Assembly (NCBI GenBank): GCA_002633005.1
Contig: NMRA01001263.1
Location: 1 to 33,067 of the forward strand
Length of the DNA: 33,067 nucleotides
Reading direction: 5' to 3'
Source: Phoronis australis
Taxonomy: Eukaryota > Animalia > Phoronida
Made by a program: the position numbers and the translations under genes. Each line of letters starts with the position of its first letter. Position 1 is the first letter of the stretch. This document shows positions 28,958 to 33,067 of the stretch, one piece after another. The notes beneath the pieces were generated by a model that was not told the DNA's origin, made no database searches, and was given only the letters and a program-made list of their open reading frames with translations.

Positions 28958-31900
28958 GTTGGCATTTTATTTCGAAAGATTATAGTTTGAAGTTTCATAG
29001 ACGCTATAACGGTAGAGGAACTGTTCACACTTAACGTTCCAATTCGCTTGCTGACCGACTGCCTCACTGGCACTAAAAACTGAAAAAGTTAGACAGTTTA
29101 TGAAACTCTTCTGTCATTCTTTCTCTTCCCGGCTTCTGTAGATTTTTGAGTCGAGGCTCAACTGTTGAGCCGGTTGTACTATTTCAGATTCCTAATGCAA
29201 ACCATTTGTTGCAAAAGCATGGGCGCCAGGCCGCCAGGAGTCGCCCAGCCCTTCCCCATCCGCCCATGGATGTCTGAGATAGCTCATCGCCCCCAGCCCC
29301 CTGCCCTGGTCCTATCTATATGGACTTTGGTGTGCCGCTCATAAAAAGGTGTCTTTTTGTAGACAGTTTTTCAGCTGGCAAAGGCACCCTTTCGTAAGGA
29401 AACTCGGGCCGGGTGGGGTGATGAAATGTCAAACTCCGTCGAGCCTGGAGAATTCACAGGCACATATGAAGTAAATCCTCTGATGTGAGTGATAAAAAGT
29501 CCCGACCATTCCACGTTTGTTTACATTTTAATATTTCTTTATTGTTTTACATATTCTCTTTACTTCAGTTTTTTGGCAGTAGTACCCAAGAAATGACTTT
29601 AGTGTTACACGAGTCCTCCAACTTCGTTATAAATAGTGGAACATCAATTTTGGTAAGTACTGTATTTTTCTGATCGTGGAACAAATTGGCTCATGTGTTT
29701 TTAAACAGCAACCGTAGCACTATTCAGAACGATCAGATAATGATGTCCCGTAAGCCATACTCAGTTCTTATGCTTTCTATTTGGTAAAATGCAATGAAGT
29801 CATTAGTCTTTTCTGTAGAGTTATCATTAGTGGGCATACAAGCAAACCAAGAGATCTTATTAGAGTATGGCAAAATTCAACTTATCTGAAGAGTCAAATG
29901 CAAAGAAATAGTCAAACAAACATACCGTTGAACTTGAAGCAAAAATCCAGCTTTTGCAGGTCCACTTACACAAGTTTTACTCAGTGTGTTATAACTACAT
30001 AAGGCTCTAACCATGGCATCAAGATTTTCGTGCTGTTTATTACAAGGTAAACCTCAGTCTACACAATGCCCGGTCGTGGATGAGAGGTGTTTACAAAGGG
30101 GATAGCTGTCTCTTTCTCTGCCGAGTCAAAGTAAGTGCATTCTAGTTGTATATTACTTCCTTTTTACAAATAGTCACTTTTTGTTGAAAAATTTCGTCCG
30201 TCACCACATATATTTGGACCAAATGGGATTTGGAAAACAGTGTACAAATTATACTGAAGCGGAAATCACAAATATGAATTCATTGCTTTTGGACAACCCG
30301 TTTTAAAGAATTACCATGATCTCTGCTACAAACAATTGGCCACACAATTTTAACTATTATTCTTTAAATTTTTTAAACCAAGAATGAAATGAGGAAATTT
30401 CGGGTCCAGTTTGCAAGTGAAAGAAACAAGAGTAGCTGTGAAGCCTGCCGTGACTGCTGTGAAATTTTATCCAAAATCTTCCACGTCAAAAACTGCTCGG
30501 ACACTAACCGCAAGGTAAATTTGTTTGTGTGTATAAAATCATGTATAATGGCAAGCTAAATGGCCCAACTAATTCAACCAGCTACAAGTGTAAAACATGT
30601 TATTTAAAATGATAGATTTGTTTTCATCAGATTTTTCACATTTAGACATTTATTGGCAGTTAACATTTGCACTACAACAGTTTGTCTATCACATGTTGTC
30701 GCCTGCTGGGTGTTCTGTACCCTACTGTACTACTGTTTTAACACTAATCGTCTTGAAAACTGTCATGGTGTAATGCCATGGTGATCAATGTCAGTCAAAT
30801 AACGAATGTTTTTTGAAAAAATATTGTATAGCAATTATTTACACCATATTTTCTGTATTAATTTCATGAAAAATGGTCTTCAGTGATTTTGGGAACACCT
30901 TAAGAGAGCTTTGTCTCATGAATATATTATGGCAACATTTTGTCTTTTATAAATTTATAAATTTGTACTTTACAAATTTTATGTAATATCTCTCTCTTAA
31001 GGCAGTGACAATGTATCGGGGAAACCTTCACAGTTAGTATGCTGATATGTGAGAAACATCTGAACTAATTCACAACATGTTACTTTACTTTTTGTGTGAA
31101 GTAAAAGAGCTGGTACTTAGTCGGTAAGATATATTTTTGGTACATTTGAAACTTTGCTTAATAATAAGCTGCAAAAAGGAGACTTTCTACATGAAATGAT
31201 TACCTTTTTGGCTAAAGTTCTTCTGATTATATTTTCATAGGACAAAACCAAAGATATGGTGTTCACAGACAGTATGTCAATAGGAGAAATGACACAGGTA
31301 AAGTTTACCACAGTCGAGTCTTTTCATTTATTTTTCGACAGTTGAATTTTTCATTCTTACAAGCTTCACACGGTGAGCAGGACAAGTGAAGTCAACTGAA
31401 TTTCAGTTTCAACACAAAAAATTAACCTAAGTTACGTCAAAATACCTTAAGCACACATTCACAATTGGCACATTTGGAAACTAATTACGACTTATGTAAA
31501 ACTTAGGAAATGAATTAAACATTTGGCATGTATGTGAAAATTTTACGCCATGACCAAAACTCGAAAGGTCAGTGGCGGGTTTGTGTCTATTGGGCCAGTT
31601 CACACAATTGAGCAGATCACATCTTTGACAGTTAATTGCTTATTAAAAGGTTTCCCCCCTCACAATTACCCAACATATTTGACTCAGCCTACTTGGTGTG
31701 TACATGACTTGAGTAAGTGTGTGTCGGGTATGTGACACTTATTAACTTAACCATGATCTTTCACCGTTTCTACCCGTCTAGGTGTTGACAGGTTCCCTGA
31801 CAGCCAGTCTACCATTGGCATATCAACAGACCAACATACCAACCCAGGAGTTGAGTAAGATAGTCAGACTGTGTCTAACAGACTCTAATTTTCCTGCATT

Positions 31901-31976
31901 TGTGGCAGAAGTACAACGAGAACTGGACACCATCAGTAAAGGCAAAAGCACTGAAGAGAATGGCTTGATTTCATAA
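28889..31976 (+). CDS. REC114: Meiotic recombination protein REC114, 206 aa; join(28889-28957,29569-29652,30047-30130,30383-30514,31241-31297,31782-31976)
   Basis: PH-fold signatures WKLSRYA, SWMRGVYKGDSCLF, MRKFRVQF, CRDCCEIL; C-terminal MEI4-binding region LPLAY...IVRLCLTDSNFPAFVAEVQREL matches the recalled REC114 motif RLCLMDQNFPAFVEEVEKEL; all introns phase 0 GT-AG. Confidence 0.92.
29569..29652 (+). CDS. REC114: REC114 exon 2 (FFGSSTQEMTLVLHESSNFVINSGTSIL)
   Basis: Long pyrimidine tract, cttcag acceptor, TTG|gtaagt, 84 nt. Confidence 0.88.
30047..30130 (+). CDS. REC114: REC114 exon 3 (VNLSLHNARSWMRGVYKGDSCLFLCRVK)
   Basis: tacaag acceptor, AAA|gtaagt, 84 nt. Confidence 0.88.
30383..30514 (+). 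CDS. REC114: REC114 exon 4 (NEMRKFRVQF...DTNRK)
   Basis: ccaag acceptor, AAG|gtaaat, 132 nt; RxFRVQF signature. Confidence 0.9.
31241..31297 (+). CDS. REC114: REC114 exon 5 (DKTKDMVFTDSMSIGEMTQ)
   Basis: tttcatag acceptor, CAG|gtaaag, 57 nt; MSIGEMTQ parallels the recalled MSLTQLAQ. Confidence 0.82.
31782..31976 (+). CDS. REC114: REC114 last exon (MEI4-binding C-terminal domain)
   Basis: gtctag|GTG; RLCLTDSNFPAFVAEVQREL; TAA stop. Confidence 0.93.
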   Translation: MLTGSLTASLPLAYQQTNIPTQELSKIVRLCLTDSNFPAFVAEVQRELDTISKGKSTEENGLIS

Positions 31977-32067
31977 ACATGTATTATAAATTATTGGTGG
32001 TCAAAACTTTTACAGCGCAANATGCAAAATTGCATTGAAATTTAATGTTATAAGTGATGCATAAGTG

Positions 32068-32073
32068 AATAAA
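32068..32073 (+). terminator. Candidate REC114 poly(A) signal
   Basis: AATAAA 91 nt after the stop codon. Confidence 0.55.
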
Positions 32074-32278
32074 ACATTTACTACAATAGCATAAATTCTG
32101 GATACTGGTCTGTTAGCACAACAAAATCACTTAGTAAACAATAGACTACTTGAAAATTATACACAAAAAATTTTAATTCATCACATAATTATATAGATAA
32201 TAGCTGAAAACCACCAATTATTTAAAAATTTGCAGTAACAGGGCAGAGAACAGTACTTTCTGTCAAATAAATTCTTAT

Positions 32279-33053
32279 CACTAATCAGACAAAATGACCC
32301 AGCACAGCAGTCAGTCAATCCCTAATTAGACAAAGTGGCCCAGCACTGTACTCAGTCAATCACTAATTAGACAAAATGACACACCACTGTACTCAGTTAA
32401 GTACTCATTAGACAAAGTGACCCAGCACTGTAGCCAGTCAATCACTAATTAGACAGAGTGACACAGCACTGTACTCAGCCAATCACTAATTAGAGAAAGT
32501 GACCCAGCACTGTACTTAGTCGATCACTAATTAGACAAAGTTACCCAGCACTATAGTCATTCAACCACTAATAAGACAAAGTGACCCAGCACTGTACTCA
32601 GTCAATCACTAATTAGACAAAGTGACCCAACACTGTAGTCAGTCAATCACTAATTAGACAAAGTGACACAGCAATGTACTCAGCCAATCACTACTTAGAC
32701 AAAGTGACCCAGCACTGTACTCAGCCAATCACTACTTAGACAAAGTTACCCAGCACGTAGTCAGTAAATCACTAATAAGACAAAGTGACACAGCACTGTC
32801 AGTCAATCACTAATAACACAAAGTGACCCAGCAATGTAGTCAGTCAATCACTAATTAGACAAAGTGACCCAGCACTGTAGTCAGTCAATTACTAATTACA
32901 CAAAGTGACCCAGCACTGTATTCAGTCAATCACTAATAAGACAAAAGTTACCCAGCACTGTAGTCAGTCAATCACTACTAAGACAAAGTTACCCAGCATT
33001 GTAGTCAGTCAATCATTAATAAGACGAAGTGAACCAACATGGAAGTCAGTCAA
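32279..33053. repeat. 41-bp minisatellite, ~19 copies
   Basis: Unit ACTAATTAGACAAAGTGACCCAGCACTGTAGTCAGTCAATC. Confidence 0.95.
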
Positions 33054-33067
33054 GCGACACTTCACAC

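Noticed and set aside
29218-29268. CATGGGCG...CGCCCATG GC-rich mini inverted repeat in REC114 intron 1
   Set aside because: Only 8-bp arms and no clear TSD; possibly a MITE relic but not supportable
29819-29890. Acceptor-like ttctgtag followed by LSLVG, as an alternative REC114 exon 3
   Set aside because: The direct frame hits TAG after three codons and there is no good donor; 30047-30130 fits the family motif and length far better
31002-31032. Possible extra REC114 microexon (ttaag|GCAGTG...CACA|gttagt)
   Set aside because: 31 nt would break the frame between two phase-0 exons that join cleanly without it
32279-33053. Regularly spaced repeats (also 15968-16389) as a CRISPR array
   Set aside because: Head-to-tail tandem units with no unique spacers, eukaryotic context, no cas genes

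Overview
AT-rich, intron-containing animal genomic DNA from a draft assembly, with N-gaps at 2016-2079, 5915-6557 and 13752-13827. It looks like an invertebrate, but the taxon cannot be established from this window. I rebuilt three spliced genes by hand from GT-AG sites with consistent phases. (1) A class-II DYRK kinase, most like DYRK4, on + (12 exons, 530-18389; 5' end and start codon not resolved). (2) Mitochondrial fission factor (MFF/Tango11 family) on - (3 coding exons, 26026-22211, 224 aa, plus a probable 5'UTR exon near 28560-28690). (3) Meiotic DSB factor REC114 on + (6 exons, 28889-31976, 206 aa). DYRK4 and MFF are tail-to-tail; MFF and REC114 are head-to-head. The introns hold two TTAA-flanked AGG...CCT Kolobok-like DNA transposons (one with 158-bp TIRs and a decayed THAP transposase), several fold-back inverted repeats and six minisatellites. 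I see no clearly new multi-gene system. The most notable oddities are a Trp-to-Phe change in the kinase DxWSxG motif, a triplicated splice acceptor in MFF, motif clusters in the 6.7-kb DYRK4 intron, a Pumilio-site- and hairpin-rich 3'UTR, and ETS-CRE motifs inside the transposon TIRs. Family assignments rest on recalled motifs, not database searches.
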